From Lingula anatina (Eukaryota > Animalia > Brachiopoda): a stretch of 64,000 bases of DNA. Position 1 is the first letter of the stretch; each line of letters starts with the position of its first letter. This document shows, piece by piece, positions 39,288 to 53,650 of the stretch. The notes under the pieces were generated by a model. That model was not told the origin of the DNA and ran no database searches. It saw only the letters and a program-made list of their open reading frames with translations. The position numbers and the translations under genes are program-made. The DNA lies in assembly GCA_051362555.1 (NCBI GenBank), contig CM120644.1, forward strand, positions 8,006,954 to 8,070,953, given 5' to 3'.

Positions 39288-42200
39288 TTAAGCTCAGTTT
39301 TTCAAGGATATAACACTAGTGTGATAGTTGCCTTACTAGGATTGCTACATCACACCAACTGGCATTCAGTGTAGGATTTTGTTTGTTGGTTAGGGGTTTT
39401 TTTTTATAAGATGCAAAGCCATTATAGAAGGTGTGCTTATAATTTAATAACTTTGTCATCATATCTCAAGTTATAAAATTTTTTTTTTGTTGGAAAGAGC
39501 AATAAGAGCCTTTTAAAATGAAAATGCTTTTGAGAACTGGTTTCTTAAATGTAATTTAAAACTTCATTCTGAAGGGCATTAATTGAATTAAGGCTCCATG
39601 CTTGATCTAGAATTTCAATGTTTATTTTTAATTGCACAACTGATGAATGTGTTTTAGACAGTCAAGGAGTGTTAAATTTATACTTGAGAATCTGGTTTGA
39701 CATTAATGATTAATTTTTGAAATATTATAAAGATAATATCAAAAAATAACCTCTTATTTATTAAATGCATGGGATGAACTAATTTTAAATTGAATAAAAA
39801 ACTGCCCTATTTGTCATAGAGTGTTTGAGTAAGTAATAAGTAACAAAGCAAATATTGTATTCATATTATGAAGCAAGGGTTCAATCTTTCTCTGACACTT
39901 ACTGGCAAATACCATCTGTTTCTGGTGGTAAACAAGTTAATGAAAATGTCATTGTGTGTGTACCTGAATATCACTGTAGTTTGCAATGCACAAAGTGGCA
40001 TGGACAGGAACGACAGTGAAATTATCATTAATGAAAAGTTATGAGACTGATAAGTAATTCCCTGGTTATGCTGGGGGATTTTATTGAAATCAAATGATGT
40101 TACACTGTTTTTTTAATGTTCTGACAGTGTAGAAGATAATATAAGCAATCTTAAATTCACTCCCTCTCTCTTTCTCTCCCTCTCTTGCATGTGAGCACTC
40201 ACAAACACACAAGCATGTTCGCACACACACATACACATACACACACACACACACAGATTCAGAAGCGCCCCCATTTTTTATCTCATGTTTAAATTGTTTT
40301 CACTGAAAAAAAAAGTGATTCAGAATTTAAATGCAAATGAAGTTTATTGCTGTTAGTAGAAAAATTTCATTCAAAGTATCAAAAGAAAGGTTTCCCTGTG
40401 TACATAAAAATAACTGCAGCCAAACCAGAAAACAAATACAAGGAAGATTGAACATTTATTTCAGACAGATTGGAGCAGTAAGGGGCAGTTCCAACACACT
40501 ACTTAATATGCAGTGTGGTCATGCTTCCATAATAAGTTATAATTAGTAAGCCTAACATATATGTACTATGAGGCATCTTGGAAGATTTCTGGTTAAGATA
40601 ATAGGACTGTTGCTATAGGCATATTTCAAAGAAACTGGTCACTTACACTGCAGTAAAAGATGCTGATATCTCATTTTGTTTAGGCTTAAAGAAAATGATT
40701 TCTCAGGTTTCAAGGGAAACAGTCTTACAAAGTTTGAGTCAACTGACCATGAGGCATTTGTAGGGTTCTTCGTGAGGTAATAGGACTGCCGGTGAAGCTA
40801 TAATGGCTCTACTGAAGCTTATTGTCATCGTTATCTTTCTGACAACTGTGTTTATTGGCTGCTAGCTGCAATGCTCAGGTTTATTGAATTCTTAGAAAAT
40901 GAGATTGTTTCTTAAATATTGCAATGCCTTTTATGCCATTTTTCATTTTTGGTGAAGAAAGGTGCTGTTTTGTATAAGGGTATGAGGGGTGATAGGAATA
41001 TGAATGTTTAATACTATATACGGCCCCATTCAGAATAAGGGACTAACTAGTCCCAGGGTCAAGTAAGCTTGCTGTCTAATCCACTAATAGACTTTAACAA
41101 TGTATTTACTTAATGAAATCAACCAAGTAAATATAATTTTGCAAAGATAAACTTATCGCAAATTGTCCTTATCTTGTTACTTGTCCTTATAAGTCCTTCA
41201 CTCAGACTGTACCAGTACTAGTAACAGTTTCTCTAAGTCCAACATGTACCAGTACACAGTAAATAAATAAAACAACTCCCCAGAGAAATACATGGTAGTT
41301 GCTCACAGTCCGCTGTCAATGTCTCTCAAAGTCTCTCGCTATTAAAGGTCACTCTCCCTCACTGTTCGTCCTATATGTATACTTTTCACAAATCTAGAAC
41401 TTTCTGGAGAACCTTCCATAGTGCTATTCCACACATGACTTGAAACATTTAGAAGGTACTAGAATATAAACAATAAACTGACAGTTCATAACACATGCTA
41501 TGGGATCAGCGCATCAAATATGGTGAACCCTGTATGAAAGCAAGAGCGCTAAATCCTGCAAGGTCTCCTGGCCTCCACATGCGTAGTTCTTGTTGGGGCC
41601 TAAAAATTAAACCTTGGAGCCGAGATTTAATCTGTTAAATGGTGGGGAGACCATTATGGGATTTAACAGTCTTGCTTTCATATAGAGTCTGCCATATTTG
41701 ATCCGCAGATCAGTAGATCCAAGGATCATCTACTCTGAATTGGCTCAATGTAGTCCCCTGAAGAAGCTAGGGAGTAGTTTCTGTGCCCTCAGCTTGATTA
41801 TCCCTTAGCTGGTCAGAGAGACATATCAGACAATTAAGCTGTTTACATTGGCTGCACTTATAACTGAAAATTCCCATGGAGATAGAACAACCCTGCAGGA
41901 ACAATAAGTTTATTCTAAGTGCTCCCTAAGAGAGGTCTTGACTGAGTTATGGAGAGAATTTATTAAAAAGAGACAGACAGAGTTACGAGAGATACAGATG
42001 AGAGTTCCGAAGTCAGAGATTTCACAACGTGCAAATACCATGTGTTCACTGAGCAGATTATCTTTACTGGTCATAGTGTATATTGATGCCTCCAAATTAA
42101 ATCGCACCACAAATCAAATCACTCAACAAATTGAATCAATTTGCAATACTAGTGCCTTTTTATATCATAACTCTAAGAAACATACATGCTACACCCTCAC

Positions 42201-44863
42201 CAGCTCATCATAATTAACAGAATTACCAATGGATCGCGCAACTCTACCAAGTAAACAACTGTTCAATCAAATGTCAAATCAAAACACAACAGTGTATAGT
42301 TAGTTTTTTCACTGTGGGAATCATGTTAAGTACGAAAATGCATAGATTTAGTTAAAAATTTAATTTCCTAGCTCTTGCTCAAGCTTAAAATAAGCAGTTA
42401 CTAAATTTGAAGAAGCTCAAAACATGACATGACATGTGTCTTATATAATGATGCACATGGTTTGGCATGTGCATCTCAATGACATGTAATGATTACCAAG
42501 AAATGATCTTTTTGTAAGCACTGTTTCAGGGGAAAAAACTAAAACTCAGTTGTTATGACACCATGTCCCTATCTCTGGAAACTACCACATGATGTGAATG
42601 TGCCAGGGCCTTCAGTACGTGTACAATAATCAATTTAAAGTGATGTACCACTGGCTTGCCAAAAAGTGATGTGCCTTTTCACTATTTTTCAGTGTTTACA
42701 CAAGTTTTTTTTAAGTAAACAGATGTGATACCACAGTCTGTGAAATGTTCAGGCAGTATGAATGTTACAGTACCTAGTGGCATAATTTTCATTTTCATAG
42801 CATGTTCTGTTGTCTAAGCATTCTTTGGCATATTAGATAACACTTTCTATGACACTGATATCACGCAGTGGGACTAAAGGAACAGGATTTCCTTTCATTA
42901 AATTGACACTTCATGTGATAAGGATTATGTAGGCAACACTAAGATCCTGAGCTAATTAACCTTATATAAACTTAAAAGTATATTTTCAGCATTTGCAGGA
43001 AATATTCCAAATTCATTATATTTTCTTTGTCTGCATATCCTACAAAGCTACTTATTTTTTCCAATACATACCTTAAAAAATGAATAAATAAATAAATAAG
43101 AAAAGTATATGACGTCGATTTTTCTTTCTGAAATGTGGTTTAAGTGTGGTTTAAGCTGGGTCTAAGTGACGTGTGGGGGGGGGGGGGGTCATTCAAATCT
43201 AAATTGTTTGATTAGATATTAATTGGTATGAAACATCCAATTCAAATGCAGGGGTGGTAAAGCAGTTTATGTATTATAAGAGCCTTTTCGTGAAGGAAAA
43301 CTGAATTTTGCAGGAAATCCCCAGATAAGATAGTTTGATTCTTTAAATCGTTTGCATTTGGTGCTAGTGTGACAGAGTGACTCATAAACAGGGACGAGAT
43401 TTTTTTCAACTGTCGGCAGATTTTCGACTTTTTGGAAGCCAAAATTATCATTGGCCTAATTGGCCCTCTGGGCACCACGCCATATTTTTGGACTTTTTTT
43501 TTTACTAAATGGCAGTCTCTACCCTCCATAAAGTTGTGTGTAGATTTGGATATTTAAACATGTCACTGCTTTACTTAAGTAAATAATTGAATTACAGTGT
43601 TATATTCTAGAGGATTTTTTTCTTTTTTTGTTTCTTTAATGTAAACTTTACAGATGTATGAGGAAGGCAGTTATAAAATAGACCTAAGGTGTAGTATATA
43701 GTATGTTCAGACAAAGTTAAACAAAAACTTGTTAAGGTCTAGATATTCAGTCAGTAGTGCGCCATTTTACCATAAATGATTAATTTGTACCACCAGCGTT
43801 GATGTAGGCACTGGCGGTACACATGGTTTCAGTTCCGACCTGTCTTGTTAATCTTTGAAGACAAATAGTCTAGATAATTTAAACTAAGTATTTCAGTACA
43901 AAAGACTAATGTTACTTCATAATATTAAAAAATAAAATCACTGGAAAGTAGATAAAGTCTAGGTCAGTCTCTTTTTGAAGACACCCCAATTACTTTTTTG
44001 TAAAGAAAAAAATAAAGAAAATAGATAAAGTTTTGTTTAAAAACTAGTTACAAATGAATATGGCTTCTAAAAGGATATTGTAGCTCTGACCAATGTCAGG
44101 TTACAGAGGTGTTACCATGGTGATCCTTTGACCAGTGGCATAGAACATTAACACCAGGGGACAGGTATATTTGCACTGAACATGTCATAATAGTGTAGTG
44201 CTGGGAGATCAGTAAAAGAATGCATTGACCTAAATTGGTGAACAGAAATAATGTAAAATGTGTCTTTTTGCACTGTGCTTGTAGGTAAGGGTAATTTACG
44301 TACTGGTAATGCAAATACCAATTACAGAAGGGTAATGCATGAATTGTATTATATTATTATTATTATTATTGTTATTATTATTTTATATTGTACAAGGCCA
44401 TGATAATGTATGTACCAGAAGTAAAATTGGTAATGTTTCTATGATAAGGTTTATTTGGGTTCAAAGCTGAGGGACTGTTCAAGTATTCTATTCACATATA
44501 CTTGAATGAAGTCAAAAGTAAAAGATATGATGGCATTCATTTGGTGTGTGTGAAAGTTATCTTCCAGAGTTTCTCAATGGAAAGTAAAAGAGATAAACGT
44601 GAAAAAATGTTATATTGGCTAGTAGTTTGTAATAAATATCAGATTGAAATTGAATAAAGCAACCTTTTTGATTTTGGAACTGAGACTGCAGTTCTGTTGT
44701 TTCTGACACCAATATCGCTCACTGATATTTCTATGGGCTCTTTCCCAGTGAAACTATTATTCTAGGTACATTGATTGATCCAGTTCTGTGGAAACTCTAC
44801 CAGAATGCAATCAGATAAATTAACATGATGTAGATTAACATGACTCCTGGCATTGAGTAGAAT

Positions 44864-45122
44864 ACAGAAAAGCTGGTGATGATATGGGTAGGTTTAAAAC
44901 AAGAGGCGTATTAATTATAATCTGTTAAGCTGAGCAATAAAAAATAATAATTTTGTAATCCTGTTTTATGTAATGTATGCCCATAATGGCAAGAACAGAA
45001 AAGCTGGTGATGATATGGGTAGATTTGAAACAAGAGGTTTATTAATTATAATCTGTTAAGATAAGTAATAAAAAATAATAATTTTGTAATCCTGTTTTAT
45101 GTAATGCATGTCCATAATGGCA
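44864..45122. repeat. Tandem duplication, ~131-bp period
   Basis: ACAGAAAAGCTGGTGATGATATGGGTAG occurs twice with continued identity. Confidence 0.9.
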
Positions 45123-45660
45123 AAATATCAAATCTCTCTACTTTTCTCACTGATAAGATAGCTTCTGAATCATTTTTTAATGTTGTCTTCACTTTGTTAT
45201 AGCAGTGTGTTGTCTAAGTTTTTCCTTTGTACTGATTTATCAATCTGTATATTTGCCAGCTTTGCTGCCTATTTAAAGTTATGGAATTTGAATCACAAAA
45301 CATAGTTATTGGAAATGCCATTAAATATCTATTTGAATTTAGTAAGCAGCTACTGCATTGTTCATACTTCATGGGATATTGACTGAAGATGAGGTTTTTA
45401 TTATAAGTAGGTCATAATTATATTGTGTGTTGATACTCAGGCACATTACAGGTGGCAAATCTGATAATATATAACCACAAATGAAAAAAGAGCATTATAA
45501 AAATCCAAGTGATATATTTCAGAATTTAATAATTTAAGTTGTATTTTATGTTGGTACAATATGTAGAATCTAAGACATAGTATGTTTGTACTTTATATAA
45601 TTAAAGTAATATCTATTTAGAACACATTTGCCATAAAATAAGAAAGGGAGCTTTGCTTAC

Positions 45661-45697
45661 CTGTAAAGGATCTTCATTCAAGGTGTGATGGTTTATC
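45661..45697 (-). other. Candidate 37-nt non-coding exon (probably GPCR 5' UTR)
   Basis: Minus-strand acceptor CTTATTCTTTTTTTACAG and donor CAG|GTAAGC, both near-consensus. Confidence 0.5.
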
Positions 45698-47024
45698 CTG
45701 TAAAAAAAGAATAAGAACTAAATAATTCAGAGACTACTTTATAAATTTACTTTAATGGTAATAAATCAAAACTTCTCTTCAGAACAGAGGCTATTATTTT
45801 CTGTGTTCCAAATATACTGTAATATTATAATTTTTTTTTGTTAAAAAGGCTTGGGACCATACTTGGCTATACTGCAAATCCTTCCAGTGCTTCCCTCTTC
45901 AGGGGTTATATTGGTATGCATATATACTAGTACTGTATAACTGTATATCAAAAACTACCACAGTTCACACTCAGAGAACCGTCTATGCCCCATGGTCTTC
46001 CTGCTACTGAATACTTGGATGCTCTGCATGTGGTACTTAAAGATGCATCTTAAGACTGGTACAAAAATAGATAACCTCGGGCAGATGCGCCACACTGTGT
46101 TGGCACATCGCGGTGACATGGAGGAGTCAATTTTATTGTGGAAAGCTCAGGGTTTTATGAATCAATGTCTATCATTAGGAGGTGGGAGGTGGGTCTTGCA
46201 TATAACTCTTTGTTCTGTGCACATTTTACAGTCATTAATATTGAAAAATGGTGTCTTTTATTTCTTTGTATTGTGATTATAGTAATACTTTATGGATTTA
46301 TATCCTTAAACAATGATACATAATCTTTGAATAAATTTAAAATTCGGGAGACGAACTCGAAGGGCATTTTGAATTAAAGTTATTATTGAAGTGACAGCTT
46401 CTTGGTACCCTGTTACAAATGCATGTGTCTATAGCGAGTGCATCAACCTTTGCAGGTGGTGGATGTTTAAAACACCTTTTGCTAAAACAACAGCATTAAA
46501 TTGACTTCTAGTTGACAGATTTCTCACCCATAGGTTTGAAGCGTGGGCATGCATTGACACATATTTTGTTTTACCAATAAACACATTTTACGCTTAACCT
46601 GAGGGAATGGGAAACATCTCAAAAGCTGTATTTGCAATTTTCTTCTGAGTTTACCAATTAACTCAATATTAAGTTATATTTTCCTAGCCAAAGAAGATGA
46701 CATGTGTCCAGATATTTGAGCTTGTATGACAGAATAAAGGTCAAGATGCTGTAAGCTCAGTCTCCAACAATTTTACCACTCATCAAAAATTGCATATTCT
46801 TTTTTTTAGATATAATCAAATGGTAATCAACACTTGATTTCAAATTTTTATAGAAGATAGTTTCAGTGAGCGTACTGCTAGCACATGCTTTTTATCATGT
46901 TTATGAGGATTAAAAAAGGTTTATTGCTTTCTGATTTTTATTAGCACTTCAGGGTTATGGTATTAGCATTTTAATGCTTTTGGTTTCTGATTGCTTCACT
47001 TGTTCTGATAACCAGTCTAATACT

Positions 47025-47275
47025 CAGTTCCTAGACCTAAATCGATACAAGATCGATCCATCTCCAGGGGGTTTCTCGCTAAATTGCTTTTAGCTTAAGC
47101 AGCTTAGATGTCTGGCATGCCTACTAAAGCTGATAAACAATAATTAATTTCCCCCTAGCAGCTTCAGTAGGCATGACAGACATCTAAGCCGCTTAAGTTG
47201 ATTGCAATTTACGAGATTATCCTCTAGGAGATGGATCGATCCACAGTTAGTATGATACGGTCTGGGAATGGTCCC
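47025..47275. mobile_element. Palindromic MITE family; other copies at ~52670-52880, 53464-54276 (interrupted), ~54474-54683 and 63861-64000 (cut by window edge)
   Basis: GATCGATCCATCTCC/GGAGATGGATCGATC and CTTAAGC.GCTTAGATGTCTG.CATGCCTACT arms are mutually reverse-complementary and recur at the listed sites. Confidence 0.8.
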
Positions 47276-48870
47276 TGACTGAGAACACACAGAACTTTCT
47301 CCATACCGATATCCTTCTGAAACCAATTAGTTTTTCACCAAGGGAAGAGAAAAAAGCTACCTAGTGGGGTTATAGAATACTTCATCCATTCTTTAAAATA
47401 TGTAGAATCAAATTACACTTCCTTCAGAAAGTGTGATATAATAATAACTTCCTCAAGAAAAATGGTTGAAGTTACAGAAAATTGACCCACAATAGCAACC
47501 TTTTTGTTGTTATTTTGCCAAGAGTTGTTGTATGTGGATATTATAGTGCTAAGGGGCAGTACTTAAATTACGTAAAGCATGAAATATGGTGTGATCTGGC
47601 AAGGGCATTTTTTTTTCTCAGTCCATGCGTGTGTTGTTGTTAGTAGCAGACACGATGAAAACTGAAGAAAAAAGAAGGAAAGAAAAAAAAGCAGACAGAC
47701 AAATTTTCAGACCAGTAGTAATGACACATTTGTTGAAACGTTTGTTGAAAGGACTTTTTGCCAAACTGACTGTTAATCCATATCCAGTGATGGTAGCTCC
47801 TTAAATTTTTGTTGGTCCCTTGGACTAACTGAACACAATTTTTTCTTCCTGTCCTTGGAAATTTTATCATTTTATCATGACCAGTAAGACCCATAGTTTT
47901 TGCATGTATTAAGTTATCTGCTGTGAAATACACAATTATTCTTCATATCAACTTCAAAATCAACATAATTAATCACTTGTTAAGATTAAATTGGAAATGT
48001 TAGCAGGAAGAAGAGAGGGGTCGATGTGGTTGAAAACAGGAAGACACAAAAGGAACAAGGAGAAGTCCTTATCAGAGGTTTGTCAGGATTTGAGATTGGG
48101 AGACCAAATTCATTTTCATTTTGAGATGGATCTTTTAGGCCCATACACAATAATACACTTATTGTCATATACAATAATAGAAATCTGAAGTATTGGCAGT
48201 CCAAAATTGAAATTATAGAGGAAGAAAAGAAAAAAAAAAAAGGCAAAAGCATAACCATTGCCTGGCTTATGCCCAAGTATAAAGTTTACAGCACAAAAAA
48301 AAAAAAGAAAAAAAAAAATACAGGATAGAAATACTGAATTATTGGCAACTAACTTTTCCACATGCATGCATATGATCCGACTGCAAAAAATCTTGTTGCT
48401 TCAGATTTTTAGTATTACTAACACAAATTACTTGGCATTCTAAAGAGGTGGAAAGTGCGTTTGCACACAATTCGTGTTATTACTTAAGGGGAAAAATGTT
48501 GGTAAAGAATTAGTACAGAAGACAGATGTAATGGTGCTTATTTTTTTATCAAAGGTCAAAGTATTGTGTCTGACATAAAGATCAAAAAGATATTTTATGA
48601 GGCTGTATGTTGTAACGTGTTGTGGTCCAATAGTTCTTGAGTAATGTTGCGGCCTCTTTGTATAATGCCAATGTAAGAAATTAACCATATAATTATAAGT
48701 AATAAAGATTTGCGTGCATCCACCTTAGATAAGAAATTAGTATATAAGCAAGCAGAATTGATACCTTAGGGGAAAGAGAGAAGGGGGAGACTGGGAAAAA
48801 CGATCTTGGGAGCACAGAGAAGAAGTATTTTGGGGGGTTAGGATTTGGAGACTTCACTTAGAATATGTAG

Positions 48871-50478
48871 CAGGGGTGGATTTGGGCCGTCTTCTTGGTC
48901 TTTCAGAAGATGATCAGATTTCCAAGTTTACATTGATAGGTATCTAATTAGTACCACCAGCGTGTATGCTGGCGGTATCATGGTTTTAGTCCCGACCCGT
49001 ATTGTACGGCTCCGCCGGCTCTGCAGGGTGGGATACAAGTCATCGTTACCGCTTCTCCTCCTAGACTGCATGGCCCTGAGTGCCCATCTCTTGTATTTAG
49101 GTCACATATAGTCTCAACTTGAACCCCCTGTTTTTTTTTTTGTCTCAGTCGGTGGAACTTCTGAGCACCTCCCATTTCAAGAATTTCAACCAAAATGACC
49201 TTTTCTTTATTTCTATTAATTTCTTTTGTAGGAAATTTATGGCACATTACTGTACTCTAAAACTGTAACATTTAGCCCCTTATACCTCCAAAACTAGAAG
49301 AGATGGGTCCAAAGTTACTACTGAAGTTGAATAGGAAGTCATATACTGGCAATTTAATTGTGACCTTGAAATTGACCTTTGACCTACTTTTCACCATTAA
49401 CTGAAGTTTGAAACATTTTAGTCTCTTATATCTCCAAAACTAGAAGAGTTAGGTCTATAGTTACTATTGAAGTTGAATAGGAAGTCATATACTGGCAATT
49501 TAATCGTGACCTTGAAATTGACCTTTGACCTTCTTTTCACCATGAACTGAACTTTGCAACTTTTCTATCCCTTATATCTCCAAAACTGTCAAGGAAATGC
49601 TCATAGTTACTATTGAACTTGCATAGGAAGTCATATACTGGCAATCTAACTGTGACCCTGAAATTGACCTTCGACCTCATTTTCACCATAATCTGAACTT
49701 TGCAAATTTCCTTTCCCTTATATCTCAAAAACTGGCAAAGATACACCCAAAGTTACTGTTGAACTTAAACAGAAAGTCATATACTGGCTATCTAACTGTG
49801 ACCTTGAAATTGACCTTTGACCTACTTTTTATGATGCACTGCACTTTGCATGTTTTCTGGCCTTTAAATCTCCAAAATTGTCAAAGAAATGCCCATGGTT
49901 ACTATTGGACTAGAATAGGAGGTCATATACTGTGACACATTGAAATTGACCTTTGGCCTAATTTTTCACCATGAACTGAACTGAACTGCATATTTTCCTG
50001 CCCCTCATATCTTCAAAACTAGCAGAGATATGCCCAGTGTTGCCACTAGGTTTTCTCTTTTGTCAGCATATATGCAACACTGACAAAACATTGGCCTAAT
50101 AGGCCTATTGTCTAGAAAATCACAGGAGTGATCAATGTTAGGAAAACACGGGTCAATTCGAAAATCTGCTTGATTGTACCATTTTTAGTTATATTTTTTC
50201 GCATTTTTTGCATAATTTGAGAACTCTTCTAGATTGCATTTTATAAAGCTTGTCAAGCACAAGACTGGTGGTGGTGTCCCTTTTTTTTTTTTTTTTTTTT
50301 TGGGGGGGGGGGGGTCCATACAAACGCGCTTACTCCAGCTGGTGGTACAATATCCGGAGGCGGTATCACCTCTCTGATCCTCTAGTTTGTTTTCTGTTGG
50401 AAGACAGTCAAAATTGGAGGACGGATCAACAAATATAATTTGGAAGACAGTCAGAAAATAGCCCTAGATCCGCCCCTG
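48871..50478. mobile_element. CAGGGG MITE (5-bp TSD TGTAG) split by a HINE insertion
   Basis: 48871-48948 and ~50388-50478 align to the two halves of 33216-33383; TGTAG on both flanks. Confidence 0.88.
48949..50387 (+). mobile_element. Second HINE copy with ~5 diverged 146-bp monomers
   Basis: Same 5' GTACCACCAGC and 3' GCTGGTGGTACA...hairpin...CTAGTT termini as 22519-26183. Confidence 0.85.
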
Positions 50479-53400
50479 TGTAGCTACAGAGTGTCAGTGA
50501 ATAAATTGTTTAACTGGTCATTATGTGGACTTTTCTTTGTGTGACCTTACATAAATCTGACACGAACCTTGGAATCTCTAAATTGCATTATCCGCTAAGT
50601 AAGTAAAAAAAACGTAAGGTCCTGTATATATATTTCAGGCCCAAGCTTGAATTAAGTGCAATAAAATTATATTAGTTTAGGACATTCATTCCATATGTAT
50701 GAAAAGGTTTATTACAAAAAGTCCAAGTACACCTTCACTTCTGCAACCTCCATCTCATTTAAAGCCAAATCAGTACATTAAAAGAAGAATAAAACATTGA
50801 ATTTAAGTACAGGGATGGGTCTAGCAACAATTTGTAAGTAGGAAAAAAGTGGTTTTTGCCTAATGGAGGAAAATTCATTTTGGCAGGTAAATCCCGCATA
50901 GAGTGCCTTCAAGTGAAATTAACTTTTTTCAAGTAATCCAATATTTTTACGCTTGATGTTTTCCCTGAAGCTCCTCACATATCACCGAGTGTATCCACAT
51001 GGAAAGAAAGGCATGGATACCTTAGATTACACATATGCTTGGATGATCTTATGCATGAAGTGATACCACAGTAAACATTTTTGCGCAGGTTTCCTGCAAA
51101 ATAACATGTACTGCCACATAGCCTCCAGGTTTTAGACCATGTCCCAGTTTCTTGTGTCAGTAACAGAATCTCCAGATTGCTATGTTTTTTCTGTCTCATT
51201 CCAAGATTTAGTTTTCATTTGTGACATAAATTTATTGAATACAGTCTGACTTTTACTAATTTAAATTTAAAAAAAAGAAAAAAAAATTCTAGTTTTTTTT
51301 CAAAGGTTCACACATATTTGGTAATTTACTATTCATAGCAGGCAGGCCAAAAAAGAGGAAAACAATATTCTCATTTTGAAAAAAAAAGGCCCTTAAAAGA
51401 GCTCTGTAGGCATTATATAATTGGTGAAAGATGCGGAAATAAACATCATGACAGTCGTGTTATGAGATAGTGCTGTCACTTCAGAAATATGTCTATGCCA
51501 ATCTGTTCATTTGAGCTGATGATGTAACAGAAAGGATTATGGGAGTGAAAACCGTGATAATGATATCTAACAGGTCTTCCTCTTTCTGAACATCTATCAA
51601 CACTGTTTTCATGCCTATTCTGTCATAACTGTTACAGTAAGACTTGGTACTGGGAATCAGTGCCACAAACATTATCTTGAAAGGCTTCCTTCTGATTTTA
51701 TCAATAAAGAGGGAAAAATGCCTTGGTTTAATGAAATGTCATAATTAGGGGCTCTTCTATCCCCCCCCCCCAAAAAAAAAAAAAATGTGGGGTATGTGTT
51801 TTCATCTCACGTGTACAATTGTTGCAAAACTTTTTTCACATGAAGCTACCAGGAATTATTCATGAGAGTGTTAAATTTGATACTTATACCTAAGGGGTTT
51901 GTACCAAAGGAAATTTAAAAATAGATATTTTCAGTAGGATCATATAAAACTATTGTTGAAAGACTTTTGGTAATACATGACTGTTTGAAATAAGAACACA
52001 CAGTGACACAGGTGCTGAACACGTATTGTGACAGAAAAAAAAGAGAAAAAATTCAGTCTCCTGTTTCACAAAATGTCTGAAGTTGAAATGAAGTCTTAAT
52101 TAAAAGCAATCTGAGTAAGCTAACATACAGACTTTGTACCAAGTCACTTGTGGATGAGTTTTACAAAAAAAAAAAAAAAAAAAAAAAAAATCACAAACCT
52201 ACACTACGTTGTTTTTGCATTCAAGTTGACCATCTGACCAAATGACCCCACCTATTTTTCCTAATTGTTCTTTGTCTGTGATAGCCATCATACCTGGATA
52301 TAAATTTTACAAGTGAGGCAGAAATGTAAAACTGTAGATTCTGTTGTTCACTAGCAGACCATATCATGTTTGGAAAGATCTCGTAACACATCTTGAAAGG
52401 TGATACGATAGGATTAATAAATTGTATAAATCACCATCTCAATTGAAAACTGCAGCATCAATCATTGTCATACCCCTCTACAGTACAGCATACAGTGTTG
52501 CATGTGACTCTTAGGCCAGACCAATTCTGGCAGACACTGGTGCAAGAGATTCCATCCAGGTTCAGAATTTTTTCAAAACTTGTGCACCTGAAACGGTCTG
52601 AATGTGCAACTTCAGGTCACTCTTTTTCTCAGAAGTTATCAAAGAATTCATCCAGGTTCAAACATCGTACCAACTGGATCGATTCAACTCTTTGGGGGTT
52701 CTCACTAAAGTGCAATCATTTTAATAAGCTTAATTGTCTGACATGCCTCCTTGAGTAACTTGAGTTAATTACCCCATAGCAACTAGAGGAGGCGTGTCAG
52801 ACATTTCAGCCGATTACAGTGATTGCACTTAGGGAGAACCTCCCACAGAGTTGGTTTGATCCAGCTGGTACCATGGATTTATCTGAATGCTTCGTAAGCT
52901 TATCACAGTATCTGAAGCACCTCTCAGCAATTAGGCAGTTAACACTTAACAGGCAGGAGAGCACCCTTTGCTACTCACACAATGACCTTCTGCTTGATTC
53001 CTTGGCGTCTGGATGGGAAGCCAGTCCCTGTTTGGTCTGAATATGTGAGGGAAGATAATGGCTTAACTACTTCAGTCAATCCAATAATGATTTTACTCAT
53101 CAGGACAAAGTTCAATTTTGATCTGAAGAACAGATTCAGTCATGTTAAGACAATTTCTGTAATGTTTATGGCCATATAAGACCATTTCTGATCCACAGTT
53201 GCAGATTCAGACCATATCAGGCACACCTGCTACACTAGTGTAAGCAATTGGACTTGCATCTCCATAGCATTGGCCTCAATTAGTTAAAATGTTTCAGTAC
53301 ATAAAAATCGATCAGCTGTTGATAAGGTGAAGGGGTTGTACAGGTGAGGTCATTATTTCAATAAGTGTTAGGAACCTGATGTGTTCTGCATATGGGCAAC

Positions 53401-53650
53401 CCAATGTGTCCATTAGTGGGAACGTGATTTGGCCTCTAGCTATAGCTTCTACACTTTCAATGTCATAGACCCCATTTCCATACCTAGACTGATCTAGCAG
53501 GATCGACCCATCTCCGAGGGGATTCTTGCTAAATTGCTTTCAGCTTAAGCGGCTTAGATGTCTGACATGCCTATTGAAGCTGCTAAATAATGGTTAATTA
53601 GCCCCTTAATTTACAGCTTCAGTAGATGTGCCAGACATCAGAGCTGCTTA

